This document shows positions 25,201 through 34,145 of a DNA stretch of 45,154 nucleotides, piece by piece. The position numbers and the translations under genes are program-made. Position 1 is the stretch's first letter. Every line of letters begins with the position of its first letter. Where the stretch lies: contig JAGGRW010000001.1 of NCBI GenBank assembly GCA_021159385.1, forward strand, positions 1 through 45,154, in the 5' to 3' direction. A model generated the notes under the pieces. The model did not search any database. It was given only the letters and a program-made list of their open reading frames with translations, and was not told the DNA's origin. Source of the DNA: Methanosarcinales archaeon. GTDB taxonomy: Archaea > Halobacteriota > Methanosarcinia > Methanosarcinales > Methanogasteraceae.

Positions 25201-26532
25201 TCCGCCGGTCGCAGTCCATTTAACTGCTTCCATAGCCCAGAGATCGAGATTCTGGTAGACGTATACCTTCCCGGCACAATAGCCGCCATCGTCGTTGTAA
25301 CATGCACCAACGATGACATCATCATAGCCATCACCGTTAACGTCCCCTGCCGATGCCATGGACTTTCCAAATTGATCTCCTGCTACCTCGCCTGCTGCAG
25401 TCCACGAAGCAGTCGTTAAAAGTCCTGAAGAAGAACCGAGGTAGAGGTACACCTTCCCTGAATCAGTGCCGCCACAATCGTTGTAATGTGCGCCAACGAT
25501 AACGTCAGAGTAGCTATCTCCGTTCACATCCCCTGCCGATGCCACCGAGTATCCAAAGTAATCGACCTCCGACTCACCGGTCGCAGTCCACGGGTCAGTT
25601 GTTACAAGCCCGGCGGCAGAGCCGAGATAGACGTAAACTTTCCCTGAATCACTACCGCCGCAATCGTTCTGATAGGCACCAACAATGACATCATCGTAGC
25701 CATCTCCGTTCACATCCCCGGCTGTTGCTACAGAGCAGCCAAAGTTATCCTTCGACGTCTCACCGATCGCAGTCCACGGGTCAGTTGTTACAAGCCCGGA
25801 TGATGAACCGAGATAAACGTAAGCTTTTCCGGCGTTCTCGCCGCCGCAATCGTTATGATGGGCGCCGACGATGATATCATCGTAGCCATCTCCGTTCACA
25901 TCCCCGGCTGTTGCCATAGACTTTCCAAAGTGATCTCCTGCTGCATCACCAGTCGCAGTCCATGCAGCTGTCGTGCCGAGACCTGACGCTGAGCCGAGAT
26001 ATACGTAAACTTTCCCTGAATCACTACCACCACAATCGTTCCGATATGCGCCAACGATGACATCATCGTAGCCATCTCCGTTCACATCCCCGGCTGTTGC
26101 TACAGAGCAGCCAAAGTAATCGACTGCCGACTCACCGGTCGCAGTCCACAAGGCGGTCGCGCTGATGCCAGTTGCAGAGCCGAGATAGACGTAAGCCTTC
26201 CCGGCGTTGTTGCCGTTATCATCATTCCGGTATGCGCCAACGATGACATCATCGTAGCCATCTCCGTTCACATCCCCGGCTGATGCTACAGAGCAGCCAA
26301 AGTTATCATTCAACGCCTCACCGATGTCATGCCACTGGTTGCCCAAGCCGCGGGCTAATTTCAGCGTGCCATCATCTACTTCCACCATGAACGTCTCGCC
26401 GTTCTCAAAGTCCGCATCAGTCGTCTGTGTCCACGTATCCGCGCCTGCCGGCAGTGCCGCAAGCCAAATCGCCGCGATCAGGGCTGCCACCCATATTCTA
26501 AAAATCCAGTTCACTTTGCTTCTCGATATCAT
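22252..26532 (-). CDS. Giant secreted FG-GAP (integrin-alpha-type) repeat protein with C-terminal dockerin
   Basis: N-terminal signal-like segment (IWVAALIAAIWLAALPAGA). It has 13 consecutive FG-GAP repeats (FGxSVASAGDVNGDGYxDVIVGA...GKAYVYxGS), a non-repetitive beta-rich middle, and a C-terminal pair of dockerin type I repeats (GDLNSDGSVTPADAAIAL / ADVSGDNKVTSLDALMIL). Confidence 0.9.
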   Translation of the reverse strand: MISRSKVNWIFRIWVAALIAAIWLAALPAGADTWTQTTDADFENGETFMVEVDDGTLKLARGLGNQWHDIGEALNDNFGCSVASAGDVNGDGYDDVIVGAYRNDDNGNNAGKAYVYLGSATGISATALWTATGESAVDYFGCSVATAGDVNGDGYDDVIVGAYRNDCGGSDSGKVYVYLGSASGLGTTAAWTATGDAAGDHFGKSMATAGDVNGDGYDDIIVGAHHNDCGGENAGKAYVYLGSSSGLVTTDPWTAIGETSKDNFGCSVATAGDVNGDGYDDVIVGAYQNDCGGSDSGKVYVYLGSAAGLVTTDPWTATGESEVDYFGYSVASAGDVNGDSYSDVIVGAHYNDCGGTDSGKVYLYLGSSSGLLTTASWTAAGEVAGDQFGKSMASAGDVNGDGYDDVIVGACYNDDGGYCAGKVYVYQNLDLWAMEAVKWTATGGAASDYFGWSVASAGDVNGDGYSDVIVGAYNDAGAAYVYHGSATGISAIAAWAATGEGMGDHFGHSVASAGDVNNDGYSDVIVGAHQNDSCGNDTGKAYVYLGSATGLNTTASWTATGEVAGDYFGYSVASAGDVNGDGYSDVIVGAHQNDCSGSDSGKIYLYFGSASGLVTTDPSTVAGEVAGDYFGYSVASAGDVNGDGYSDVIVGAYRSNCDYSNAGKAYVYHGSATGLITTASWTETGEDADDYFGYSVATAGDVDGDSYSDIIIGAYHNGCGGNNAGKAYVYHGSASGLNTIPLWNATGKIAYDCFGKSVASAGDVNGDGCGDIAVGACYNDDGGNNAGAAYVYLGSVTGISATASWTAAGEAAGDQFGSAVASAGDVNGDGCDEVIVGARYNDDGGSNAGAAYAYGGSGYSEYGAFASEKFSVNGSNIVRWLNISWNPVTQPGGTGARFQIGTSNDGTNFVYLGPDGTPDTYYTDPHGQAIYSEQNGKVWRYRASLHSDEEKAKSPTITDLSIVYEEYPYTAPAVEITSPNGEEILIGGEEAQIIWSASGNLVAAPISLYYSTDDGYNWTTIADGIANTGTYAWAVPDVETEEARARVVVTDVIDNKDSDISDETFVIGLHKDSINLSSGWNFVATPAMLDNSDDEVQQVFGGVETGGNPIYLYDGCAWNMMSGSDIVMTLDGIWVYSTTDEIVSLNFDTNPPSTPPTKNLEANWNAIGHSSRVPVTADSTLTTVESEWTHLIGFDAPSQSYKPEIVNDDETGSSHDEDNPMYPTNGYWLYMTDAGELGGLDGGAQAAATASAAEEEMTTLMAASSSEVPQLPRAYYGAITIDGDPAPAGTEIIAAINGTEKGSFVTTLIGVYGGPGTFDPKLLVAGSECDVGDDVTFRINGMQAHQTDTYNPGTNTNRYLSVGEVEVRGDLNSDGSVTPADAAIALAIAAGSRQCDAATLTAADVSGDNKVTSLDALMILNAAGGT
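23960..26301 (-). repeat. Tandem coding repeats of about 186 nt (13 FG-GAP units)
   Basis: Repeat periodicity is visible in both the protein and the DNA. Near-identical strings such as ccatctccgttcacatccccggctgttgctacagagcagccaaag recur several times. Confidence 0.85.
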
Positions 26533-26864
26533 TTTGCGCCTCCTTGTCTGTAGTGTTCCTGATCGTTCGATGTTGCCCTTGTTGTACTTGTCCGCGTGTC
26601 GTTTGCTCCAGATACCATAGTCTGCCTCCCTTCAGGATTGTTGGGTGCTCTCGACAGTTTACAGCGAGACTCCAAATCCAGCGCAAAACCTCTGTGAGAT
26701 AGATATGCATAAAACTTTCCATACAACTGCCATATTTTCCAAAAATTCTTGCGGAAACTTCGAAAATCCGCAACAGGATACCTATATCCGGTTATCACTG
26801 CCCTGCCATGCACCCCGACTCATGCGGAGAGACTATTAAGATAAATCACACGAATGTGAGAGCA

Positions 26865-28040
26865 ATGGCACGCACGAAATACGTAATCCTCCTCGGCGAC
26901 GGGATGGCTGACATCCCGCTTTCCGAACTCGGCGGAAAGACGCCGCTTGAGCACGCAAACACACCGAATATGGATTACATCGCAAAGCACGGCAGATGTG
27001 GGCTTGCTAAGACGGTTCCGGATGGAATGCCCGCTGGAAGCGAGATTGCGAACATGTCAATTCTCGGATACGCTCCTGAGAAGTACTACACAGGAAGGGG
27101 ACCGCTTGAGGCTGCGAGCATGGGGGTCGCACTCTCAGAAAGTGAGGTTGCGTTCAGATGTAACCTGATAACAGTAGCGGACGGCGCAATCGCCGACTAC
27201 AGCGCAGGACACATCACAAGCGAGGAAGCGGCAGAATTGATCGCGTCAATCAATGAAACACTCTCATCAGGTTGCATCCGCTTCCATGCCGGGATCAGCT
27301 ACCGTCACCTGATGGTAACGGACGGGATTGGCGCATCCGCGGTCTGCACGCCGCCGCATGACGTACTCGGCGAGCCGATGGAGTCGCAGATGCCGGAGGG
27401 CGAGGACTGCGAGTTGCTCTGTGACCTGATCCGCGGGTCGGCGAGGGTGCTTGGAGAGCATCGGGTTAACGTTGAGCGGATCCGTGCCGGGAAGAATCCA
27501 GCGACGCACATCTGGCTCTGGGGGCAGGGAAGAGCGCCGCGTTTCCCATCGTTTGAGGAGATGTTCGGGATCACTGGCTCAATGATCTCGGCTGTTGATC
27601 TCCTGAAAGGGCTTGCAATCTACGCGGGAATGGATGTGATCGAGGTTCCGGGTGCAACAGGCTATCTCGACACGAATTACGCAGGGAAAGCGGATTACGC
27701 GGTGCGTGCTCTCAAGGATCATGATTTCGTGTACGTGCACGTCGAGGCTCCTGATGAGGCAGGACACGCAGGCGACGTTTACGCGAAGGTTGCGGCGATC
27801 GAGAGCTTCGACGAAAAAGTCGTGGGGCGGGTTCTTGACAACTGTTCGGATTGCGTGATCATGGTGCTCCCAGACCACCCCACACCGATACCGCTCCGGA
27901 CGCATACCGCGGATCCGGTGCCGTTTGCGATATACGGGCACGGTGCCGACTCGGTCCCGGCGTTTGACGAGCGTTCCGCGGCAGGGGGGTCGTACGGGGT
28001 GCGGATCGGGAGCGATCTTGTGAGGCTGATGATTGAGTAA
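26865..28040 (+). CDS. apgM: 2,3-bisphosphoglycerate-independent phosphoglycerate mutase, archaeal type
   Basis: [47 protein letters not shown] and LPDHPTP match ApgM. The ATG at 26865 is preferred over 26808, and a TATA-like attaagataaat lies about 25 nt upstream. Confidence 0.9.
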   Translation: MARTKYVILLGDGMADIPLSELGGKTPLEHANTPNMDYIAKHGRCGLAKTVPDGMPAGSEIANMSILGYAPEKYYTGRGPLEAASMGVALSESEVAFRCNLITVADGAIADYSAGHITSEEAAELIASINETLSSGCIRFHAGISYRHLMVTDGIGASAVCTPPHDVLGEPMESQMPEGEDCELLCDLIRGSARVLGEHRVNVERIRAGKNPATHIWLWGQGRAPRFPSFEEMFGITGSMISAVDLLKGLAIYAGMDVIEVPGATGYLDTNYAGKADYAVRALKDHDFVYVHVEAPDEAGHAGDVYAKVAAIESFDEKVVGRVLDNCSDCVIMVLPDHPTPIPLRTHTADPVPFAIYGHGADSVPAFDERSAAGGSYGVRIGSDLVRLMIE

Positions 28041-28066
28041 TGGGATAATGCAATTCATCCCATTTT
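28040..28066 (+). terminator. Hairpin plus T-tract directly after the apgM stop
   Basis: A 7-bp stem (atgggat / atcccat) with a 10-nt loop, followed by ttt. Archaeal termination mainly uses T-tracts, so this call is tentative. Confidence 0.3.
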
Positions 28067-28356
28067 ACCCTTCTGAATCATCAGAATAAAAAGTGACAGA
28101 TACGATTCCAGGAGACTTTTTATTACTTTCTGGAAACGCCGGATTGTCTTATGTAAGCACAACTGCCAGAATGGGAATATGTTCAATGATGTGTGGTAAA
28201 CAGATAACCCCCAACCTGTGCAAATCAGTGGCTGATATGGGTTCGATCAATATACGCATGGCAGTTGCGCCGGAGGTTTAATTATCGTTGGCTGACATAT
28301 CGGTTCATCGGGAGCGTTTCGGTCGCTGATGCGCTCCGGAGAGTCGGACACACTAT

Positions 28357-29187
28357 ATGGGGACAAAAATGATCGATCTGCTAAAAATGGTTCTTTGTAT
28401 CGCGTTTTTGTTGTATTCGTGCCGTACCGACCTTCGGGAGCGAATGGTGCCGAACGAACTCTGGGGCGTGGTCTTCGCAGCAACCCTGCCACTTGTAATC
28501 GCTGACGCACTGGCGGAAGGGGCTTGCTACCTTCTGCAGACCGCAATTTCGGTCGTGAGCGTGTATGCGTTTGTGTACGTGCTGTTCAGGTTAAATGCGT
28601 TCGGTGGCGCAGATGCAAAAGCGTTGATCGCTCTCGCGTTCATCTTCCCGGTTTTTCCGGATCTCGGAGTCATCGGATCCTGGTGCGAACTGCCCCTGAC
28701 AGGCGTTCCTCCTGTAAACATCTTCGCGTTCAGCGTTCTTGTGAATGCGGTTCTCCTAACCGTTGTAGTTCCGCTCGGACTCCTTGCGTACAACCTCTGC
28801 ACGCTCGCAATCCCGGAGATCGTGGAGAAGCCGTGGTACCTGCCTGTCGGGTACAGGTGCGAGATAGCCAATCTGAAGGGCAGGCACGTCAGGCTGATCG
28901 AGGAGTATCTCTGTGAGGGAGGTGGTGGGGGCGAGGGTGATGGTGAGAGGGATGGTGAGTGGGATGGCGAGGGCGTGGTCGTCAGGAGGAGATTCAGTAA
29001 AGGCGGCGATAACATAGATGATTCTGCCATAAAACGACTGGAGCGGCTCGCGTCGGAAGGGCTGATCGAAGACAGGGTGTGGGTGACTCCGGGACTGCCG
29101 TTCATGATTCCGATAACCCTGGGGTTCGCAAGCGCTGCGATCTACGGGGATCTGATGTTTCAGGGCGTTATGCTGTTTCTTATGTAG
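28357..29187 (+). CDS. A24-family aspartic peptidase (archaeal preflagellin/prepilin peptidase-like)
   Basis: [15 protein letters not shown] (first catalytic Asp context) and [14 protein letters not shown] (GxGD-like second Asp), in a polytopic membrane profile. It carries a Gly/Asp/Glu-rich insert at aa 187-206. Confidence 0.8.
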   Translation: MGTKMIDLLKMVLCIAFLLYSCRTDLRERMVPNELWGVVFAATLPLVIADALAEGACYLLQTAISVVSVYAFVYVLFRLNAFGGADAKALIALAFIFPVFPDLGVIGSWCELPLTGVPPVNIFAFSVLVNAVLLTVVVPLGLLAYNLCTLAIPEIVEKPWYLPVGYRCEIANLKGRHVRLIEEYLCEGGGGGEGDGERDGEWDGEGVVVRRRFSKGGDNIDDSAIKRLERLASEGLIEDRVWVTPGLPFMIPITLGFASAAIYGDLMFQGVMLFLM

Positions 29188-29240
29188 CCGCAGAAACCTT
29201 GATAACGCACCTGATAGACAGGAGATCACAGGAGATCACG

Positions 29241-32200
29241 ATGGAAACGATTACCGCACGATACGATGCAAAAGTAATAGAGAAAGAAGTGCAGCAGTTC
29301 TGGGACGATAACGATACCTACACGCGTGTCAGGAATCTGCGAAAGGACAAAAAACCATTCTTCTTCGTGGACGGACCTCCGTACACCACAGGGCACATCC
29401 ATCTCGGAACGGCATGGAACAAGATCATAAAAGATGCGATCCTGCGGTATCGATCGATGCATGGATATGCTGTCGTCGATCGCGCCGGATGGGACATGCA
29501 CGGACTTCCGATCGAAGTGAAAGTCGAAGAAAAACTAAATTTCAGTACGAAAAAAGATATAGAGACGTATGGCATCGATTCATTCGTAAAAACCTGCGAA
29601 GAGTTCGCGATACAGAATATGCGTGAGATGACTGCCCAGTTCAAACGTCTCGGAGCGTGGCTTGACTGGGACGATCCGTACATGACGCTTTCGCGGGAAT
29701 ACATCGAATCAGTCTGGTGGACGCTCAAACAGGCGCACGAGAAGGACTTGCTCGAGAAAGGGATGCGAGTTGTGAACTGGTGTCCGCGATGCGAGACAGC
29801 GATAGCGGATTCCGAGGTTGAATACTCGGATCGGACGGATTCATCGATCTACGTCAAATTCCCGGTGCTGAACGAGAACGGGAATGAGGATGAGGGAGGA
29901 GATGGAGGCAAGAGTGCTGGCGACACGTTCATCGTCATCTGGACGACGACTCCGTGGACGATTCCTGCAAATATCGCGGTTGCTGTTCATCCCGACTTTG
30001 AGTACTCAAAGGTGCGGGCGTACAAGGGCAATGGCGAGGATGCGGCGGCTGGGACGGACAGAGAAAGCGAGAGCGAGATTTTGATCGTTGCCTCGGATCT
30101 GGTCGATTCGGTGCTGAGGGCTGGTCGATATCAGGATTATGAGTTGATCGACGTCTGTTCAGGAAGCGAGCTCGTTGGGATGCGGTATACGCACCCCCTC
30201 GCAGACCAGATCCCGAAACAGAACGAATTTACGCACAGCGTCCTTCCCGCGGAGTTTGTGACGACAGAAAACACCGGATGCGTGCATATTGCACCCGGGC
30301 ACGGCGTGGACGATTTTGAACTTGGATTAAAGTACGGACTGCCAGCATTCTGCCCTGTCGGACCGGATGGGCGGTACACAGCGGATGTTGCAGTGTACGA
30401 GGGCGTTTATGTCAAGGACGCAGACCAGACCGTGATCGATGATCTCGCAGATCGCGGACTCCTTCTTGCGAGCGGACAGATCGTGCACAGATACGGGCAT
30501 TGCTGGCGGTGCAAGACTCCGATCATCTATCTTGCAACCGAACAGTGGTTTTTGAAGATTTCAGAGCTTAAGGAGCCGATGCTCGATGAGATTGCAAAGG
30601 TAAAATGGTATCCTGACTGGGCTGGCTCTGCGAGGTTCCGTGACTGGGTCGCAGGAGCGCGGGACTGGTGCATATCGAGGCAGCGGTACTGGGGCGTGCC
30701 GATCCCGATCTGGGTCTGCGACTCGTGCAAACGGTATGAGGTGATCGGAACAGGCAGTGAGCTCGATTGGCGGCTCAAAGCTGGGTCGGAAGTAGGGTTA
30801 GGGGCAGGGACGGAGGCAGACTCGGAAGGGACTGTGCCGTCTGACCTGCACAGACCGTGGGTCGATCTGGTGACGTTCAAATGCACCTGCGGCGGCACAA
30901 TGCGGAGAGTCGAGGACGTCTTCGATGTCTGGTTCGATTCAGCAGTCGCATCATGGGCAACGCTTGGGTATCCGCATGACGATTGTGCATTCAAAGAACT
31001 ATGGCCCCCCGATTTCATTGTAGAAGGGCACGACCAGACACGGGGCTGGTTCTATTCGCAACTCGGCGCAGGCATGGTCGCGTTCGGGAAGATTCCGTAT
31101 AAGAGCGTTCTCGTGCATGGTTTCACGCTGGATGAGTCCGGCAGCAAGATGTCAAAGAGCCTCGGCAACGTGGTTGCGCCGGATACCGTAATCGAGAAGT
31201 TCGGAGCGGATGCGCTGCGCATGTACGTTCTGTCCACGAACGCTCTGTGGGACGACCTGAAATTCAACTGGAGCGAGATTGAGACCGTCCACCGTTCGTT
31301 AAACATCCTCTGGAACGTCTACCGGTTCCCGCTGCCCTACATGATCCTCGATCACTTTGATCCTGCGATAGCGTCGGCTTCGTTTGAATCGGTACGCGGC
31401 GCGATGAGACCCGAAGACTTATGGATTCTATCGAGGGTAAACTCGCTTATACGTGACGTCGAGCACGCGATGGATGAATACAAACTCCACGTTGCGACCC
31501 GTGCAATAACCGAGTTCGTACTCGACGATCTCTCGAGATGGTATGTCCAGCTGATCAGACCGCGGACATGGACTGAAGCGGACGATCCGGACAAACTTGC
31601 GGTTTACAGATCGCTTTACGACGTTTTCACGACCGTCACACGGTTGATCGCGCCATTTGCGCCGTACCTCGCAGAAGCGATCTACCAGAACCTCGAAGGG
31701 TTTGGGTTAGAGTCGGTGTCAGTGTCCGGGACTGGCGATGACAGATCGGTTCAATCGGTTCATGCGTGCGACTTCCCAAAACCTGCTCAGAACCTGATCA
31801 ACGAGGAGCTTGAGGCGGATATGGCAGAGATCAGACGAATCGTGGAAGCGGTCGCAAACGCCCGCCAGAAGGCAAAAAGGAAACTCAGGTGGCAGGTCAG
31901 AAGGGTCATCATCGCGCCCGTTGCAGACGTTGCTGCGCGTGCTGTCGGATCGCTGAAATCGGTTCTCGCAGAGCAGGCGAATGCCAGAGAGATCGTTCTT
32001 CTGGATGTGGGAAGCGGTTGGGACGAGCTTGGGGTGGAGACAGTGCCAGATATGGCAAAACTCGGTCCCGCGTTCAAAAAGGACGCTGGAAAGGTCGCGG
32101 ACGCGATCAGGGCTGCGGACGCGAGGAGTGTCATGGCAGAGATCGAGAAGACCGGACGTTACGATCTTGATGGCGTGACAATCACAGAGGAGATGGTTGA

Positions 32201-32552
32201 GTTCCGGAGAACCGTTCCCGAGTTTGCTTCTGCTTCTGATTTTTCGCACGGGACTGTCTACGTGGACGCCACGCTCACGCCTGAAATCGAGGCGGATGGT
32301 TATGCTGCGGAGGTGATACGCCGGATTCAGGACATGCGGAAAGAGCTGGATCTCGCAGTCAACGACTGGATCAGCGTGACTGTTGCGCTCTCGGACGAAC
32401 GGACAACCGGTCTTCTGCACGGCAAGGAGGAATCAATCGCCGAAGAAGTTCGTGCAAAGGAGATCTCGATCGGCGATATTTCGGCAGCAGGCAAGCTCGT
32501 GAAGGACTGGAACGTTGAAGGCGTGGAGATCTCGATCGGTATTTTGGGATAA
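29241..32552 (+). CDS. ileS: Isoleucyl-tRNA synthetase
   Basis: [16 protein letters not shown] (HIGH), KMSKSLGN (KMSKS), a CP1 editing region and zinc-type Cys pairs. The ATG at 29241 ([17 protein letters not shown]) is preferred; the ORF-track start at 29079 overlaps the upstream peptidase gene. Confidence 0.95.
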   Translation: METITARYDAKVIEKEVQQFWDDNDTYTRVRNLRKDKKPFFFVDGPPYTTGHIHLGTAWNKIIKDAILRYRSMHGYAVVDRAGWDMHGLPIEVKVEEKLNFSTKKDIETYGIDSFVKTCEEFAIQNMREMTAQFKRLGAWLDWDDPYMTLSREYIESVWWTLKQAHEKDLLEKGMRVVNWCPRCETAIADSEVEYSDRTDSSIYVKFPVLNENGNEDEGGDGGKSAGDTFIVIWTTTPWTIPANIAVAVHPDFEYSKVRAYKGNGEDAAAGTDRESESEILIVASDLVDSVLRAGRYQDYELIDVCSGSELVGMRYTHPLADQIPKQNEFTHSVLPAEFVTTENTGCVHIAPGHGVDDFELGLKYGLPAFCPVGPDGRYTADVAVYEGVYVKDADQTVIDDLADRGLLLASGQIVHRYGHCWRCKTPIIYLATEQWFLKISELKEPMLDEIAKVKWYPDWAGSARFRDWVAGARDWCISRQRYWGVPIPIWVCDSCKRYEVIGTGSELDWRLKAGSEVGLGAGTEADSEGTVPSDLHRPWVDLVTFKCTCGGTMRRVEDVFDVWFDSAVASWATLGYPHDDCAFKELWPPDFIVEGHDQTRGWFYSQLGAGMVAFGKIPYKSVLVHGFTLDESGSKMSKSLGNVVAPDTVIEKFGADALRMYVLSTNALWDDLKFNWSEIETVHRSLNILWNVYRFPLPYMILDHFDPAIASASFESVRGAMRPEDLWILSRVNSLIRDVEHAMDEYKLHVATRAITEFVLDDLSRWYVQLIRPRTWTEADDPDKLAVYRSLYDVFTTVTRLIAPFAPYLAEAIYQNLEGFGLESVSVSGTGDDRSVQSVHACDFPKPAQNLINEELEADMAEIRRIVEAVANARQKAKRKLRWQVRRVIIAPVADVAARAVGSLKSVLAEQANAREIVLLDVGSGWDELGVETVPDMAKLGPAFKKDAGKVADAIRAADARSVMAEIEKTGRYDLDGVTITEEMVEFRRTVPEFASASDFSHGTVYVDATLTPEIEADGYAAEVIRRIQDMRKELDLAVNDWISVTVALSDERTTGLLHGKEESIAEEVRAKEISIGDISAAGKLVKDWNVEGVEISIGILG

Positions 32553-32623
32553 CACGTCAGGAGATCGCTGAAACGGCTCACACATTTCTTTCAAATCTTT
32601 TTCATGGACTCTGGAGTCAAAAG

Positions 32624-32926
32624 ATGAAGAATATCAGGAAAACAAAGGATTGGATTGAGATGGCGCTGGATGATTGGGATGGTGCTATTTCAGATGTAGA
32701 TGGAGAAAGATACCCTAGCAGCGTCTTTCATGCACAACAGTGCACAGAAAAACTACTGAAAGCGGTTCTATATTTTTTTGGGATAATCCACGAAAAAACA
32801 CACTTTCCGTCGGATATCCTGGCTGAAGACATCTTGAATAATCCGGAGATGACGCATGAACTGCAACTCGATAAAGAGCAGATCGAACTATTGCTGGAGA
32901 AGATGGAAAGATGTTTGAAGAGATGA
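32624..32926 (+). CDS. HEPN-domain protein (short, 100 aa)
   Basis: SSVFHAQQCTEKLLKAVLYFFGIIHEKTH matches the HEPN (PF05168-like) core. I see no clear C-terminal Rx4-6H motif. Confidence 0.65.
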   Translation: MKNIRKTKDWIEMALDDWDGAISDVDGERYPSSVFHAQQCTEKLLKAVLYFFGIIHEKTHFPSDILAEDILNNPEMTHELQLDKEQIELLLEKMERCLKR

Positions 32927-33330
32927 TTAATGATTACATCGAGAAGATAGGGGGGTCGGATGTATGTGGAATCCTGCTATTTGGCTCGGTTGTCAGGAAT
33001 GATGCGAAGGAACAGAGTGATGTGGATCTACTTGTGATCGCGTCGGGACTTCCGGATATAACGGAAAGATACGACTTTATAACGGTCAAAAAACCATCCA
33101 GAATCGAGGATATCTGGATGACGCCGGATGAACTGGTCGAGATGGTCGATGCCAAGACCGGGTTTGTTATGGATGCACTGCTTGAGGGGAGGATATTATT
33201 GGACGATGGGACGATCAAAGATGCGAGAAATCGATTGATTGCGTCTCTGAAGCGATTGAACGCAAAGAAGTTGAAACACGGCTGGTTTATACCGAGGGGC
33301 GACCTGAGAGAGGTGATCTCCTTCGATTGA
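32911..33330 (+). CDS. Minimal nucleotidyltransferase (MNT)-type protein
   Basis: GILLFGSVVRNDAKEQSDVDLLVI is the GS...DxD NTase motif. It overlaps the HEPN gene by 16 nt. Confidence 0.75.
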   Translation: MFEEMINDYIEKIGGSDVCGILLFGSVVRNDAKEQSDVDLLVIASGLPDITERYDFITVKKPSRIEDIWMTPDELVEMVDAKTGFVMDALLEGRILLDDGTIKDARNRLIASLKRLNAKKLKHGWFIPRGDLREVISFD

Positions 33331-33375
33331 ATATACGATAATCGTTAAATGCGATCACTCACAAGAGAGGTTGTG

Positions 33376-34101
33376 ATGATCCGTGTCCGCAATCTGACCA
33401 AGAAATTCGGAAACAAGACCGTGTTCGCTGACATCAACTTTTCTGTTGAAAGCGGGGACTTCCTGACGATAGTAGGGCCAAACGGAGCAGGAAAGACGAC
33501 GCTTCTCAAGATCATGGCAACGCTCACTAAAGCAACGAAAGGCAGCGTTAAAATCGGCGGTTTCGACGCAAAAGAGCACCCTGACAGGATACGGGAGATC
33601 GTAGGCGTAATTTCACACAATACCTACCTGTACAACGAACTCACAGCCTCTGAAAATCTTAAATTCTTCGGGAAAATGTATAAACTTATGGAATTGGATG
33701 AGAGAGTCGATCACGTCCTCAAGGAGACCGAACTCGCCGACCGAAGGGACGACCGTGTCAGCACGTTCTCAAGAGGCATGAAACAGCGGCTCTCAATCGC
33801 CCGTGCGATCCTGCACCGCCCATCCGTTCTCCTGCTCGACGAGCCGTACACGGGTCTGGATCAGCATGCGTCAAGAGCTCTTGAGGGGGTGTTGCATGGG
33901 CTTACCGGTTCAGGGATCACGACGGTCATGGTATCACACGACATCGGGCGCGGTCTTGCGCTCGCAGATCAGGTGCTTGTCATGGCAGCAGGAAGCGTCG
34001 CATATCATGCGCCCGCGTCAGAGGTTCGGGACGCTGACGAGTTTCAGGCGGTGTACGACCGGTGCATTAATATTACTGATGCGAAGGATATGAACCGCTA
34101 A
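33376..34101 (+). CDS. ABC transporter ATP-binding protein (CcmA / ABC-2-like), orphan
   Basis: GPNGAGKTTLLK, FSRGMKQRLSIARA, LLLDEPYTGLD and SHD motifs. The ATG at 33376 (MIRVRNLTKKFG) is preferred. No permease gene is adjacent. Confidence 0.8.
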   Translation: MIRVRNLTKKFGNKTVFADINFSVESGDFLTIVGPNGAGKTTLLKIMATLTKATKGSVKIGGFDAKEHPDRIREIVGVISHNTYLYNELTASENLKFFGKMYKLMELDERVDHVLKETELADRRDDRVSTFSRGMKQRLSIARAILHRPSVLLLDEPYTGLDQHASRALEGVLHGLTGSGITTVMVSHDIGRGLALADQVLVMAAGSVAYHAPASEVRDADEFQAVYDRCINITDAKDMNR

Positions 34102-34145
34102 AAGCAGAACTTGTGAGACGGCGAAACTGGAGAAACTGGAGAAAC

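Noticed and set aside
23960-26301. Regular roughly 186-nt DNA periodicity, considered as a possible CRISPR or satellite array
   Set aside because: The repeats are in frame and encode FG-GAP units of one long ORF. There are no short direct repeats with unique spacers. No CRISPR-like array appears anywhere in the window.
28186-28235. Possible C/D-box sRNA (ATGATGT … CTGA, 50 nt)
   Set aside because: There are no internal D'/C' boxes with proper spacing and no terminal stem or K-turn context. Only the two short boxes match, which is expected by chance.
29079-29240. N-terminal extensions in the ORF track for ileS; likewise 35881-36000 (antiporter), 43862-44116 (MFS), 19769-19984 (Lrp), 26808-26864 (apgM), 37056-37133 (argS) and 34113-34145 (hom)
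   Set aside because: The extensions overlap neighbouring genes or repeat elements, lack family-conserved sequence, and internal ATGs reproduce canonical family N-termini.
31719-32420. 233-aa minus-strand ORF; the same applies to the minus-strand ORFs at 37248-38126 (292 aa) and 41365-42051 (228 aa)
   Set aside because: All are antisense to ileS, argS and metG respectively. They have an Arg/Cys/His-rich shadow-ORF character and no family resemblance.
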